Below are positions 10,905 to 21,422 of a stretch of 64,000 bases of DNA, piece after piece. Both the position numbers and the translations under genes were made by a program. The stretch is from NCBI GenBank assembly GCA_963767005.1, contig CAVYCN010000006.1, positions 96,001 to 160,000 of the forward strand, given 5' to 3'. The stretch's first letter is position 1. Each line of letters opens with the position of its first letter. This DNA comes from an uncultured Actinomycetes bacterium. Its GTDB lineage: Bacteria > Actinomycetota > Thermoleophilia > UBA2241. The notes beneath the pieces are model-generated. The model was given only the letters and a program-made list of their open reading frames with translations. It had not been told where the DNA came from and did not search any database.

Positions 10905-11844
10905 CCCGGTCTGCGACGCCCCGACCGGCATCTGCCGGCGAGGATCGAGCTGACGCTGCCGTCGCAGAAGCGAAGGAGCGCACGCTGCTCGCGACGACGC
11001 GGCCGGTGTCGAGCGCGATGAAGACAGGCAGCGCGCGGGCCGGGCAGGCGAGCCGGGCGAAACGTACGCGATAGCGGATCGCGTTCGCGGACCTCGTGCT
11101 CCACAAAGAGCGCAGCAGCCAACCGACGTCGCGCCGCGGGCTGGTGTGCAACCCGCCGGTCTTCGCCGCGACGTCGAGCTCGGCGCCAGTCGCGACGAGC
11201 AGCCGCCAGCCGTGCCGCGCGGCTCTGAGTGAGAACTCGTAGTCGGCTCCGTATTGCGGCAGCGACGAAGCGTAAGGACCCAGCTCTCGCAGCGCGCGCA
11301 TCGGCACGAGAGTGCCCTTTCCACTCAGGACCTGGCCGGGGAGCACGCAGGGCGCCTGCTCGCGCAGACGAGCCGGGTCGAGGCCTCTGCAGGGGTCGGA
11401 GAAGCGCGCCCTCCACCAGTCGATGGTGACCGCTGCCGACTCGATGCGTCCATCGGTCTCCGCGACGGCCACCGAACCGACCAGTGTCCGCGGGTGGGCG
11501 AGCGCCGCGCTGTGCAGCTCCTGCAGCCAGTCGGGCCGCGGCTCCGTGTCGTTGTTGAGAGTGACGAACGCGTCGTCGTCGGCGGCGCGTTCGAGCACCC
11601 AGGCCCGCGCCAGGTTGACGGCGCCGGTCCACCAGAGCTCGCCGCCTCCCGCGAGCGTCACTGCCTCGGGGAAGTCGGCGCGCAGCATGGCCGCCGTGCC
11701 GTCGGTCGATCCGTCGTCGACCACGACGACGGTCGAGCGCGGGTAGGCCTGGCGACGCAGCGCGAGCAGACAGCGGCGGGTCAGTTCGCGCCGATCGTGG
11801 ACGGGTACCACGACGTAGAGCCGGGCCCCGGGATCCGCCGCCAT
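10822..11844 (-). CDS. Glycosyltransferase family 2
   Basis: [25 protein letters not shown] and LNND motifs. Confidence 0.9.
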   Translation of the reverse strand: MAADPGARLYVVVPVHDRRELTRRCLLALRRQAYPRSTVVVVDDGSTDGTAAMLRADFPEAVTLAGGGELWWTGAVNLARAWVLERAADDDAFVTLNNDTEPRPDWLQELHSAALAHPRTLVGSVAVAETDGRIESAAVTIDWWRARFSDPCRGLDPARLREQAPCVLPGQVLSGKGTLVPMRALRELGPYASSLPQYGADYEFSLRAARHGWRLLVATGAELDVAAKTGGLHTSPRRDVGWLLRSLWSTRSANAIRYRVRFARLACPARALPVFIALDTGRVVASSVRSFASATAASARSSPADAGRGVADRVRVRSECANDGHVRRRPAWRGRPRERR

Positions 11845-11850
11845 ATCGCG

Positions 11851-13554
11851 CTATGTCGCTCGCGAGCGGGAGCCGGACGGCAGGCCGGCAGCCGCTCCGA
11901 GCCCGAGGCCCGTCCAGAGCAGCGCGGTGTAGGTGAACGAATAGACGACCATGAAGAGGCTCGCCGAGACCAGCACCACGAGCCCCGCGGCAAGGACGAC
12001 GATCGTGGTGGAGTCGCCCGTCCCGCGCGTCCGCCGCCAGGAGCGCACCAGGAAGACGATGGCGCCGGCGACACTCGCAAGGTAGAGGACAAGGCCGATC
12101 CCGCCGGTCTTCAACCAGGTCTGGAGGTAGACGTCGTGTGGTTGGACCGTGACCGGGATCGGGCTGATGGAGCGCGGCACGACGAAATGCCAGTAGCCAC
12201 CGAATCCGTCGCCGACGACGGGGACCGCGCGGATCTGGCGCAGCGCGGAGCGCCAGACCGCTATGCGCCACGCGGAGTCGGCGTCGGCCGCCGGATCGAC
12301 GAAAGCGGCGCTTCTGGTCTGCACATACCCGATCGCGCTCTCGCCTGTCGACGACGAGCTCGACGATGGGCTCGGCGATGGGCCGGAGGCTATGCTCGAC
12401 GATGTGCTCGACGACGGGCTTGGCGACGGGCCGGTGGATGTGCTCGACGATGGGCTGGGCGATGGGCTCGACGAAGTGTCGGAGGCCGTGCTCGACGACG
12501 GGCTGGACGATGGCCTTGGTGATGGGCTCGGCGATACGTTGGCGGTGAGGGGCGCCGGGGTCGCTGACGGGACCGGCAGGGTCGTCAACGCGACCCATGA
12601 GACGGCGATCGAGACACAGAGCGCGGCGGCGACGGGTACGCCGACCGTGCGGACAGAACGGCGCGGGACGGCGCCGATGAGCAGCGCCCCAGCGACTGCT
12701 GCCGCCGCGGCCATCCAGACGGACCTGTGGCCGTCGAGGAAGACGAGCACGCCGGCCGCGCAGACGGCGGCGGCGATCGCCCAGAGCGGCACCGAGACGG
12801 CCCGGCGGGCCTTCGCGAGGATCAGGGCAGCGGTCGCATAGAAGATGCCGAGCGAGGCGCTCGCGGGGAAGAAGCGGCTGTACGGACCCACCGACCAGCC
12901 CTTGATCGCGCCGATCAGCGGCACGAGCGCAAGGGGGACGACGAGCGTACCGACGACCAGCGTCCAGAAGAGACGCCGCTGGACGGCGGCGTCGCGGGCG
13001 GCGACGCAGAGATAGGGGACCACGGCGAGCTGCAGGTACTGAAAGCGGAACTCGCCGGGAGCGGCGATGCCGTACCGTCCGACGTTGCGTGCCACCTCGG
13101 CGAGCAGCCACAGCCCGAACAGAGCGGCCGGCAGCCACACCGTGAGCGGCACGCCCCGCGAGCCGTCCGTGTGTCCCCAGCGTCGCCGCAACACGAGCAG
13201 GCACACGGCGGCGACCATGGCAAGCAGCACGATGTCGGAGATCTGCAGCCCGCCGAACGGCTGACCCCAGGTCCCGGAATTCTGGCCCTGGAGGACCCCG
13301 GTCGTGGGACGGGCGGCCGCGTTGATGAGCGCGTCGGGAAGATAGGCGGCCAGCAGGAAGGCGACGATGCTCACGGTGGGCCAGCGGAGGCACATCACGG
13401 TCGCTGCGGCGAACACCAGTACCCCGACGCCCGCCGCCCAGTGACCCATGAGCGCCAGACCGGCTGCCACAACGACGAGGCCCACCAGGATAGCGGCGAC
13501 TGCCGCAGGATGCCCGATCGACGCCAATCGTTGCCGTAGCCGCATCCCGCTCAC
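11851..13554 (-). CDS. O-antigen ligase/polymerase (Wzy_C) family protein with Ser/Pro repeat insert
   Basis: Multi-TM; RSVW, WRIAVW..PVVGDGFG and PHDVYLQ..GGIG motifs; next to flippase; TAGAAT 6 nt before GTG. Confidence 0.8.
   Translation of the reverse strand: MSGMRLRQRLASIGHPAAVAAILVGLVVVAAGLALMGHWAAGVGVLVFAAATVMCLRWPTVSIVAFLLAAYLPDALINAAARPTTGVLQGQNSGTWGQPFGGLQISDIVLLAMVAAVCLLVLRRRWGHTDGSRGVPLTVWLPAALFGLWLLAEVARNVGRYGIAAPGEFRFQYLQLAVVPYLCVAARDAAVQRRLFWTLVVGTLVVPLALVPLIGAIKGWSVGPYSRFFPASASLGIFYATAALILAKARRAVSVPLWAIAAAVCAAGVLVFLDGHRSVWMAAAAAVAGALLIGAVPRRSVRTVGVPVAAALCVSIAVSWVALTTLPVPSATPAPLTANVSPSPSPRPSSSPSSSTASDTSSSPSPSPSSSTSTGPSPSPSSSTSSSIASGPSPSPSSSSSSTGESAIGYVQTRSAAFVDPAADADSAWRIAVWRSALRQIRAVPVVGDGFGGYWHFVVPRSISPIPVTVQPHDVYLQTWLKTGGIGLVLYLASVAGAIVFLVRSWRRTRGTGDSTTIVVLAAGLVVLVSASLFMVVYSFTYTALLWTGLGLGAAAGLPSGSRSRAT
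12352..12540 (-). repeat. Imperfect coding tandem repeat encoding (PSPSPSSSxS)n
   Basis: Recurring GATGTGCTCGACGA(C/T)GGGCT and GGCGATGGGC units on the + strand. Confidence 0.8.
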
Positions 13555-13657
13555 GGCGCCATTCTAGACCAGGCGCAGCCCAGGTGCGAGGCGGCGTGGG
13601 TGACACCAGACTCGGGCATCACTCCTCGATCCGTTCGCGCACGACCCGCCGGTCGCA

Positions 13658-15202
13658 TCAGCCGGGTGTGTGGCTCGAGGTGGGCGCAGCCGACAGCCTG
13701 TCCAGGGTGGTCAGGACGCGACGGACGATCGGGGAAGCGCCGCCGGATGCCGCATCGATCAGCTCGCGCGCCTGCCTCCAGACTCGGCCCCGGAAGCCGC
13801 GCAGGAGGACGGCCGCCGTGACCAGGAGACCCGCGGCGACCTGCAGCGCGAGCGTGACGGCCACCCCCAGGGCGCCGGCACGTTGCGCAAACGAGAGCGA
13901 CAGGCAGGTGGCGCCCACGAGGACGCCGGCCACGGCGCCCGGGGCCAGGACAGCGGCGAGCGCCGCGCGGTCGCAGGCCAAGAACCGGGCCACGGCGCGC
14001 AGGTACCAGACGAAGGCCCAGGTCTGGGAGATGGCGATCGCCGCCGCGACACCGACGATCGAGGAGTGGCCGAGCAGGACCAGGAGGACGACGAGCAGCA
14101 CCACCTGCGAGCCGGAGATCCTGAGCTGGGTCGACAGCTGCGCCGTCGCCTGGCAGAGCATCGCCACCAGGCAGGCGATCAGCCATAACGGCGCGGCGAG
14201 CGCGAGAACGGCCAGAGGATCGGCGCTCGGCATCCAGCGCGCGCCCAGCAGCACCGTGACCAGCACGTGAGAGGCCCCCGCCAGCCCCCAGAGGGCGGGC
14301 CAGGCGAGCGCTGTGAAGACGGTGAGCACCGGCAGAAAGACGGCGCGGATCCGATCGCGCTCGGACTGGATGCGGCTGAACGACGAGGTGGCGACCCTGG
14401 CGAAGCTCGACCAGGCGTAGAACACCGGGACACTCACCAGGTTGAAGGCGCGGTTGTAGAAGCCGAGCTTCCTCGTGCCGAGGGTGTGTCCGGTCCACAG
14501 GGAGTCGAGGTTGCCCGCAAGGAACTCGAAGAAGCCGATGATCGAGACCTGAGATCCGAAGGAGTACAGGCGGCCGATGACGGAGCGGTCCCAGAGCGGT
14601 CGGATCGGATGACGGGTGACCGCGTAGTACGCGATCGCGGCCACGAAGCTCTGCGTCACATAGCCGGCGACCAGGCTCCATGCCCCCGCGCCCAGGGCTG
14701 CCAGGATCAGAGCGGGAGCCGCGTACCCGAACGCGAACGAGGCGACGTCGATGATCGTCATCGTGCGAATGCGCAGCTCGCGGCGCAGCAGCGCCGAGGA
14801 GGTGACAGAGAGGGCGCTGCCGATGAACACGAGCCCCAGCACGCGGAGCACGGGCACGATGCTCTCGTGATGGAACACGGTGGCCGCCGCAGGCGCGATC
14901 AGCCAGCACACGAGGTAGAAAGCCGCACCGAGCCCCAGCGCGGAGACGAAGGTGACGCGGACGTCGCGGTCGTCGATGCTCGGCCGCTGCACGAGAGCCT
15001 GGCCGAGGCCGAGCTGGGCGAAGTACTGGCCGAAGCCGATGACGACGTTCGCGGCGGCCACGAGCCCGAACTGGGCGGGGGTCAGGAGCCTGGCGAGCGT
15101 CACCGTGAGGACGAACACGAGCCCGATCTGGATCAGGATCGCCCCGTAGCTCCAGGTGAGGCCACGAGCCGTCCGGCTCGTGAGGGATCCCGTCTCACTC
15201 AC
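13658..15202 (-). CDS. Polysaccharide flippase (Wzx/PST family)
   Basis: LARLLTPAQFGLVA, GLGQALVQR and LGFYNRAFNL; about 12-14 TM. Confidence 0.9.
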   Translation of the reverse strand: MSETGSLTSRTARGLTWSYGAILIQIGLVFVLTVTLARLLTPAQFGLVAAANVVIGFGQYFAQLGLGQALVQRPSIDDRDVRVTFVSALGLGAAFYLVCWLIAPAAATVFHHESIVPVLRVLGLVFIGSALSVTSSALLRRELRIRTMTIIDVASFAFGYAAPALILAALGAGAWSLVAGYVTQSFVAAIAYYAVTRHPIRPLWDRSVIGRLYSFGSQVSIIGFFEFLAGNLDSLWTGHTLGTRKLGFYNRAFNLVSVPVFYAWSSFARVATSSFSRIQSERDRIRAVFLPVLTVFTALAWPALWGLAGASHVLVTVLLGARWMPSADPLAVLALAAPLWLIACLVAMLCQATAQLSTQLRISGSQVVLLVVLLVLLGHSSIVGVAAAIAISQTWAFVWYLRAVARFLACDRAALAAVLAPGAVAGVLVGATCLSLSFAQRAGALGVAVTLALQVAAGLLVTAAVLLRGFRGRVWRQARELIDAASGGASPIVRRVLTTLDRLSAAPTSSHTPG

Positions 15203-15218
15203 CGGCGCGACGGACTCC

Positions 15219-15938
15219 TCACGTGACCCGTGCGTAGAGCGCGTCGTACTGAAGCAGGCTGCCGGTCAGCGGATCGGCGAAGCCCTCGTCGAGGCCGACG
15301 AGCGCGAAGCCGAGAGCAGCGACGTGCTCGGCCATGTCGCTTGCGAGCGTCTGCCCCTCGTAGAGCGGGACGAGAGACATCTCGAGCTCGAGCAGCCGGA
15401 CGTGCGGCAGCACGTCGTGGGCGCCCCGCAGGACGTCCATCTCCCCGCCCTGGACGTCGATCTTGAGGTACAGGCGCTCGCCCTTCACGGTCCCGTCGGC
15501 GCAGACCGAGTCCAGGGTGGCGACGCGCGAGAGCTGGTCGCCGACGTAGGCCGACGTCGGAGCGGCGCTTCTGTGGGCCAGCGCCATGGGCAGATAGGAG
15601 CTGCTCGTCGAGTTCCCGGCGACGTGGATGGTCCGCTGCTCGTTGACGGCCCCCAGACCGAGCCGGTGAGCATGCCAGCCCCAGCGGTCGCCCGCGGCTC
15701 GCCTGGACAGCGCGAGGTAGGCGGTGTCGAGCGGTTCGAAGGAATGGATGCAGCCGCGATAGCCGTTCCGGCGCAGCTCCTGCGCCCATTGACCCTCGTT
15801 CGCGCCGACGTCGAGCACGGTGTCGATCGCGCCGCGCCGCGCCAGCAGGACCCTCCGGCTGACAAGGTCGGTCGGGTGACGTCGCCGCAGATCGAAGCCC
15901 GCCGTCCAGGCCGCGTCCTTGACGAGCGTCTTGATCAC
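15219..15938 (-). CDS. FkbM family methyltransferase
   Basis: VLDVGANEGQ, HSFEP and LKIDVQGGEMDVLRG. Confidence 0.9.
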   Translation of the reverse strand: MIKTLVKDAAWTAGFDLRRRHPTDLVSRRVLLARRGAIDTVLDVGANEGQWAQELRRNGYRGCIHSFEPLDTAYLALSRRAAGDRWGWHAHRLGLGAVNEQRTIHVAGNSTSSSYLPMALAHRSAAPTSAYVGDQLSRVATLDSVCADGTVKGERLYLKIDVQGGEMDVLRGAHDVLPHVRLLELEMSLVPLYEGQTLASDMAEHVAALGFALVGLDEGFADPLTGSLLQYDALYARVT

Positions 15939-16154
15939 CCTTCCGGCGTCTATGGCGGGTCTCCCTCGCGGTACCGATCCCGCCGCGCTGTCGTCGCGCG
16001 CGCAGGCTGGCGCCTATGGTATCAGCGTTGCGACGCGGCATCTGCCCGGATGCACCCGCTCGGCTCCGCCGCCGCGCGGCTCTCGCGCCTCGGGCGACGC
16101 CGCGCGGCCCTGCTGGCCGCGACGTCCGCGCGCTCCTCCTGTACCATGGGGAGC

Positions 16155-17303
16155 GTGAAACCGCTCATGGTGCAGCCGTTCCCGACGCACTACACCCTGC
16201 CCCTGCTGCGCATCCTGCAGCGCGACCTCGGCGCGCAGGTCCTGTTCTTCTCTGAAGGCGAGGAGCGCTACTGGCAGACTCATCTCGTGGCCGAGACGGA
16301 TGGCCTCGAATCGACACTCTGCCAGCGCAGGACAGTGGCGGGAGCCGTGACCGTCAACCCCAACCTCGTGAGAGAGCTGTCGACACGCGACTACGACGTT
16401 CTCTGCATGGCGATCGACGGCAAGTTCGAGCTGGCGAGCTGCGTCGCCGCCGCCCACGCCCGCCGCGTCCCGACCGTGCTGTGGACCGGCCTGTGGTGGC
16501 ACCCGCAGACGCTCGTTCACCGGCTCACGTGGCCGGCTATGCGAGCGATCTACCTGAGCACGGACGCGTTCGTGGTCTACGGCAACCACGTCCGTTCGTT
16601 CCTTCTCCAGCTCGGCGTCCCGGCGCGACGCGTCTTCGTGGCCGAGCACAGCGTGAGCAACGACCTGTACGGGCGCCCGGTCGACGACGAGGCCCGGCGG
16701 CTGGCCCGCGAGCGCATGAGCGCCGCACCGGGCCGGCCGGTCGTGCTATGCGTCGGCAGGCTCGTGCCGGAGAAGGGCCTCGACGTGCTGATCCACGCGC
16801 TGCACGGCCTCGGCCCGGCCAGGCCACTGCTGGCCGTCGTCGGCACCGGGCCCGAAGGTCGCCGACTGCAGCAGCTCGCCCGCGAGCAGGACGTGGACCT
16901 CACGCTCGTCGGCGCCGTCGCGTCGGCCGAGATGCCGGCCTTCTACGCAGCGGCGGACGTCGTCGCCCTGCCGTCCGTGACGACGCCACTCTCCCGCGAG
17001 CTCTGGGGCCTCACCGTCAACGAGGCGATGTGCCAGGGAAGGGCGGTGGTGGTGAGCGACGCCGTGGGCGCGGCGGCCGGAGGTCTCGTCGTGGACGGCG
17101 TGACCGGCCTCGTGGTGCCCGAGCAGGACGTCAGCGGCCTCCGCCGCGCGCTCGAGCGCTCGCTCGGCTCGCCCGCCCTGCGCGCTCAGCTCGGGGCGGC
17201 GGCTCTCGATCGCGTCGCTCTCGACACGCACGAGCGCATGGCCGCCGTCTTCGCCGAGGCGTTCTCGTACGTCAGGTCTGGGGGCGGACCCGGTACGACT
17301 TGA
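16155..17303 (+). CDS. Glycosyltransferase family 4
   Basis: VGRLVPEKG and ELWGLTVNEAM motifs; GTG 16155 lies 7 nt after TACCAT (alternative start ATG 16146). Confidence 0.9.
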   Translation: MKPLMVQPFPTHYTLPLLRILQRDLGAQVLFFSEGEERYWQTHLVAETDGLESTLCQRRTVAGAVTVNPNLVRELSTRDYDVLCMAIDGKFELASCVAAAHARRVPTVLWTGLWWHPQTLVHRLTWPAMRAIYLSTDAFVVYGNHVRSFLLQLGVPARRVFVAEHSVSNDLYGRPVDDEARRLARERMSAAPGRPVVLCVGRLVPEKGLDVLIHALHGLGPARPLLAVVGTGPEGRRLQQLAREQDVDLTLVGAVASAEMPAFYAAADVVALPSVTTPLSRELWGLTVNEAMCQGRAVVVSDAVGAAAGGLVVDGVTGLVVPEQDVSGLRRALERSLGSPALRAQLGAAALDRVALDTHERMAAVFAEAFSYVRSGGGPGTT

Positions 17304-18243
17304 GGTCGCCCAGCATCACGGCGAGCGCCAGCCGCGGCAGGGTGTTGCCGGCCCGGAGCGGCGCCGCCGGGCCGCTCTGCGGCGAAACGCCGGCGAGCTC
17401 CCGCTCGGTCGCGCGCAGCGCCTCGAGGTACGGCTGGTAGAGGATCTTCCTGACCGGACGGGGCATGCGGCCGTAGCGGGCGAGCCGGGCGTCGTACAGG
17501 CGCGAGCCGTATAGGCGCAGACCGTGGTAGTGATAGGCGATCAGCCTCTCGCCGTCGACCGTCGGCCCGTCGGGCGTCTGGGCGAAGGTGTAGTTCATCC
17601 AGTTCCACGGCGCCACGCCGATGCCCTTGCGCTCGAGCACATGGATCCCGTCGAAGAGCTCGACCGCGCGATCGAGGTACTTCTGATCGTTGTAGCGGTC
17701 TTCCTCGAGCTTGTCGTAACACCATTCGATGCACCGCTCGCGCCACCACTCGAGGACGTCCCGCGTGCGTTGCGCGTTGCGCAGCGCGATGATGCCGACG
17801 TTGTAGCGGCCGTAGGCCTCACGGCTGAGCAGGTGCGGCGGAAAGCGGTGGCCGATGATCCCGAGACAGGCGTCGCCCATCTCGTCCCAGATCGGGGCGG
17901 GATCGGCGAAGAAGAGGTAGTCGGCATCGACGTACGTAAGCTCCGCCATGCCGTGCTCGCGGAACAGGTAGAGCGGCCAGGACGGCGAGCACGTGAAGTA
18001 GTACTCGACCCGGCTGCGCCCGGTCTTGGCGGCGACCAGGCGATGGTCGCCTCGCTCGAAGTCAGGCGCCCGGACCGGGCGCAGGCTCGGGTCGCCGAGA
18101 TCGTCGAGGAAGCTCGCCGACGCGTCGTCGAAGCAGAGCGCCCACAGGATCGCGTCGGTCGAGTGGGACAGCAGGGACCGGTGCATGGTGATGGCACGGC
18201 CGAGGTAGTTGACGTCGAAGTAGGTGCAGTAGTGCCGGGTCAT
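17272..18243 (-). CDS. Putative GT-A fold glycosyltransferase
   Basis: YCTYFDVNYL, TYVDADY (DxD), YNVG and DQKYLD motifs; ATGA overlap with the DegT gene stop. Confidence 0.75.
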   Translation of the reverse strand: MTRHYCTYFDVNYLGRAITMHRSLLSHSTDAILWALCFDDASASFLDDLGDPSLRPVRAPDFERGDHRLVAAKTGRSRVEYYFTCSPSWPLYLFREHGMAELTYVDADYLFFADPAPIWDEMGDACLGIIGHRFPPHLLSREAYGRYNVGIIALRNAQRTRDVLEWWRERCIEWCYDKLEEDRYNDQKYLDRAVELFDGIHVLERKGIGVAPWNWMNYTFAQTPDGPTVDGERLIAYHYHGLRLYGSRLYDARLARYGRMPRPVRKILYQPYLEALRATERELAGVSPQSGPAAPLRAGNTLPRLALAVMLGDLKSYRVRPQT

Positions 18244-19400
18244 GGCACTCCGGCCGTCGCCGCGGTGAGGGCCTCCGCCACCCGTTCCGCGCGCTCGCAC
18301 CCGAGCTGGGGGAAGATCGGCAGGGACAAGACCGTCTCGGCCGTCCGGTCGGTCACCGGCAGGAGCGCGCCCTCGGCAAAGCGGGCGAAGGCGGGCTGCC
18401 TGTGCGCCGGTACGGGGTAGTGGATCGCGGTCGCGATCCCTGCTTCGGCGAGTGCGGCCGCAAGCTTGCCTCTGCGCTCGGTCCGGATCGCGTACTGGTG
18501 GTAGACGTGACGCGCTCCCGGTCGTTCGCTGGGCAGGACGAGACCCGCCGAAGCGAGCGCCCGGCGGTAGACGGCGGCGATCTCGCGGCGGGCGTTCAGG
18601 TCGTCGGGGAGGTGGCGGAGCATGACGTTGAGAACGGCGGCCTGGAGCTCGTCCATGCGACTGTTGGCGCCGTCTTCCGCGCTCACGAATCGCGTGCGCC
18701 AGCCGTACTGGCGCAGGCAGCGCACCCGTTCGGCCCGTTCTGCCGACGCCGTCACGGCGGCGCCGGCGTCGCCCATGGCGGCGAGGTTCTTGGTGGGGTA
18801 GAAGCTGAAAGCGGCGGCGTCGCCGAACGTGCCCACGCAGCGACCGCCGAGCATCGCGCCGTGCGCCTGGGCGCAGTCTTCGACCACGGCGACGCCGTGG
18901 CGTCGGGCGATGCCGAGGATCGCGGGCATGTCGCAGGGATGCCCGTACAGGTGGACCGGAACGACCGCCCGCGGTAGCCGGGACCCGGCAGGCCAGTCCT
19001 CGAGGAGCTTCTCGAGCTCGCCCGGGTCGAGGACCATCGTGTCGCGTTCGATGTCGACGAAGACGGGCGTGGCGCCACAGCGACGGATCGCGGCGACGGT
19101 GGCCGACGCGGTGTGGGACACCGTGGCGACGACATCGCCGTCGCCGACGTCGCACGCCCTCAGGCAGAGCTCGAGCGCATCGGTGCCGCTGGCCACGGCC
19201 ACGCACTCGAGCGTTGGTACCGCCGCGCCGTCCGCGCCGAGGAATCGCGCGAAGCTCTGCTCGAACGCGCGCACCTGGGGGCCGAGCAGGTAGCAGCCGC
19301 TGCGCACGACGTCGGCGATCGCCGCCTCGATCTCGTCGCGGTGGGCGCGCACGCCGGCTCCGGGGTCCGCCTGCGGGATCGTCGGGGGCCGATCGCTCAC
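18240..19400 (-). CDS. DegT/DnrJ/EryC1/StrS sugar aminotransferase
   Basis: SGTDAL, VHLYG, EDCAQAHG, SFYPTKNL and NSRMDELQAA. Confidence 0.93.
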   Translation of the reverse strand: MSDRPPTIPQADPGAGVRAHRDEIEAAIADVVRSGCYLLGPQVRAFEQSFARFLGADGAAVPTLECVAVASGTDALELCLRACDVGDGDVVATVSHTASATVAAIRRCGATPVFVDIERDTMVLDPGELEKLLEDWPAGSRLPRAVVPVHLYGHPCDMPAILGIARRHGVAVVEDCAQAHGAMLGGRCVGTFGDAAAFSFYPTKNLAAMGDAGAAVTASAERAERVRCLRQYGWRTRFVSAEDGANSRMDELQAAVLNVMLRHLPDDLNARREIAAVYRRALASAGLVLPSERPGARHVYHQYAIRTERRGKLAAALAEAGIATAIHYPVPAHRQPAFARFAEGALLPVTDRTAETVLSLPIFPQLGCERAERVAEALTAATAGVP

Positions 19401-20404
19401 AGGTACGCGTCGAGGTGAGCCCGGTAGTAGGCGATGGTCTCGGCCAAGCCGGTCTGCAGGTCGGTGCGCGGCCGCCATCCGGTGACCCGTCGCAGCTCGC
19501 TGTCGTCGGCGACGTAGTCGCCGATGTCGATGCGGCGACGGTCGGCCGGGAACTCCTTGACCACATACCGGCCCTGTCCGGCGAGCGCCACGACCAGGTC
19601 GGCCAGCGCGGCGAGCGTGACCGGGGGATCGAGTCCGCCGACGTTGAGCGCCCTGCCTTCGATCACCGCGGACAGACCGGCCGCGATCAGCGCCTCGACG
19701 GCGTCGTCGACGTAGGTGAAATCGCGCAGCTGCCCGCCGCCCCAGACCTCTATGGCGTCGTCTTCGAGCACGCGCCGTATCCAGATGCCGAGAAAGGTCT
19801 GGCGGGCGTCCTTGACCCTCATACGCGGCCCGTAGGTGTTGGTCAGCCTGAGGGCGCAGGTGCGTAAGCCGTAGGCGGCGTTGTAGACCAGGTGGTAGGA
19901 CTCCCCGGCCGTCTTGTTGATGCCGTTGACGTCTACCGGCCGTACCAGGTGGCGCTCATCGACAGGCAGGTAGTCGGGGCGTCCGTAGATCTGGCGCGTG
20001 CTGGCGAAGACGATCTTGATCTCGGGCGAGCGTTTGCGGCAGGCCTCGAGGATCGACAGCTGGGCCCGCGAGTTGATCTCGAGATCGGTGTAGGGGTCGG
20101 CCATGGAGTCCATGTGGCTGGTCTGGCCGGCAAGGTTGAAGAGATAGTCCTGGCCCTGCACGAGGTAGAGCATGCTCTGCTCGTCGCGGACGTCGGAGAT
20201 GTTCACCTTCACCTGGTCCTCGATGCCGGCGACGTTGGCAAGCAGGCCGCCGTACTCGGGGATGAGGCTGTCGACGATAGTGACGAAGGCTCCCTCGCGG
20301 ACCAGTCTCGCCGCCAGCGTCGAGCCGATGAAGCCCAGCCCGCCGGTGATGAGCACCCGTCGACCGGCGTAGCCGCCCTGGTCGGGGCTCGGGAAGGCGC
20401 TCAC
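19397..20404 (-). CDS. NAD-dependent sugar epimerase/dehydratase
   Basis: TGGLGFIGS, NLAGQTSH and LRLTNTYGPR. Confidence 0.9.
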   Translation of the reverse strand: MSAFPSPDQGGYAGRRVLITGGLGFIGSTLAARLVREGAFVTIVDSLIPEYGGLLANVAGIEDQVKVNISDVRDEQSMLYLVQGQDYLFNLAGQTSHMDSMADPYTDLEINSRAQLSILEACRKRSPEIKIVFASTRQIYGRPDYLPVDERHLVRPVDVNGINKTAGESYHLVYNAAYGLRTCALRLTNTYGPRMRVKDARQTFLGIWIRRVLEDDAIEVWGGGQLRDFTYVDDAVEALIAAGLSAVIEGRALNVGGLDPPVTLAALADLVVALAGQGRYVVKEFPADRRRIDIGDYVADDSELRRVTGWRPRTDLQTGLAETIAYYRAHLDAYL

Positions 20405-21321
20405 GACTGTGGCCCTCCCGCCTGGAACGTCGCGTCTTCGCGCTCCGGCGGCGGCGAGGCCGCTGCCGGCCTGAACAGGAACCCCCGGTACCCGGCGCGC
20501 TCCGGCGCGCGTCTGACGTATGGTCGCTCCCCCTCGAGGAACTCGCGCTCGAGCGCCAGGCCGGCCGTCGCGGCCGCGCGCAGCAGCTCCTGTCGATTGA
20601 GGAACCAGCCCACATACCGCGTGTCGTACCCGTAGCGGCGCGGGTCCTGCACGACCGGGAAGCTCCGCGCCGCGAACGTGACCGGCGTGCGACCTATGTA
20701 GAGCCAGGGGTCCGCAGCGGTCGCGAGCGACGTCAGCAGGCCGCGCCAGTCCTCAGTGTACTGCAGGGAGCTCATCGCCATGACGAGATCGTAGCGTTCG
20801 ACGAGGCAGTCGTCGCCGCTCGTGAACTCGACCTGCGGAAGGAGCTGGGTCCCCGCGCGGCAGATCGCGGGCAGGTCCCTGCACGTCCAGCGGAGCTCCA
20901 CGTCGGGACGCAGGGCCTGGGCGAAGATGTAGTAGTGGCCAAGGCCGCCACCCCAGTCGAGGACGCGAAGGGGCTGCCGCCCTGCGCGGCCGAGCACGTA
21001 GGCGAACGACATGACCGTGTTGTGCACGGCGAGATCGTCGTTCTCGATCGCCGACGCCTCGTGGTTCACCCCGAGGGCGTTGGCGCCCGAGACGGCCGCA
21101 AGGAAGGCCGGCCACTTGGCGACCTGGGCGCGAGCGATGCTCGAGTCGTCCCAGCCGTCGCGCAACCCGGGTGTCGTCCAGGCGCCGGGCTCATACTGCC
21201 ACTCGCGCCCGCCGAGCAACCCGACGGAACGAGCGGCGTCGAGCGCGGCGTCGGGCACCATGCGCCTGAGCGCGCGGCGCACTCTTGTGAGGGGTGGGGA
21301 CGCCGACAGTTGCGTGCTCAT
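20401..21321 (-). CDS. SAM-dependent methyltransferase (TIGR04325-like)
   Basis: VLDWGGGLGHYY and SSLQY motifs. Confidence 0.75.
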   Translation of the reverse strand: MSTQLSASPPLTRVRRALRRMVPDAALDAARSVGLLGGREWQYEPGAWTTPGLRDGWDDSSIARAQVAKWPAFLAAVSGANALGVNHEASAIENDDLAVHNTVMSFAYVLGRAGRQPLRVLDWGGGLGHYYIFAQALRPDVELRWTCRDLPAICRAGTQLLPQVEFTSGDDCLVERYDLVMAMSSLQYTEDWRGLLTSLATAADPWLYIGRTPVTFAARSFPVVQDPRRYGYDTRYVGWFLNRQELLRAAATAGLALEREFLEGERPYVRRAPERAGYRGFLFRPAAASPPPEREDATFQAGGPQS

Positions 21322-21422
21322 ATCGGGTCCCGCGCAGGGCGACCCGCGAAGCGGAACGGGGACCCGGGGCGGCTGCCGGCGAACACGTGCGGTCGCGCCG
21401 CGCCTCTGCGCCGGTGAGCTCT

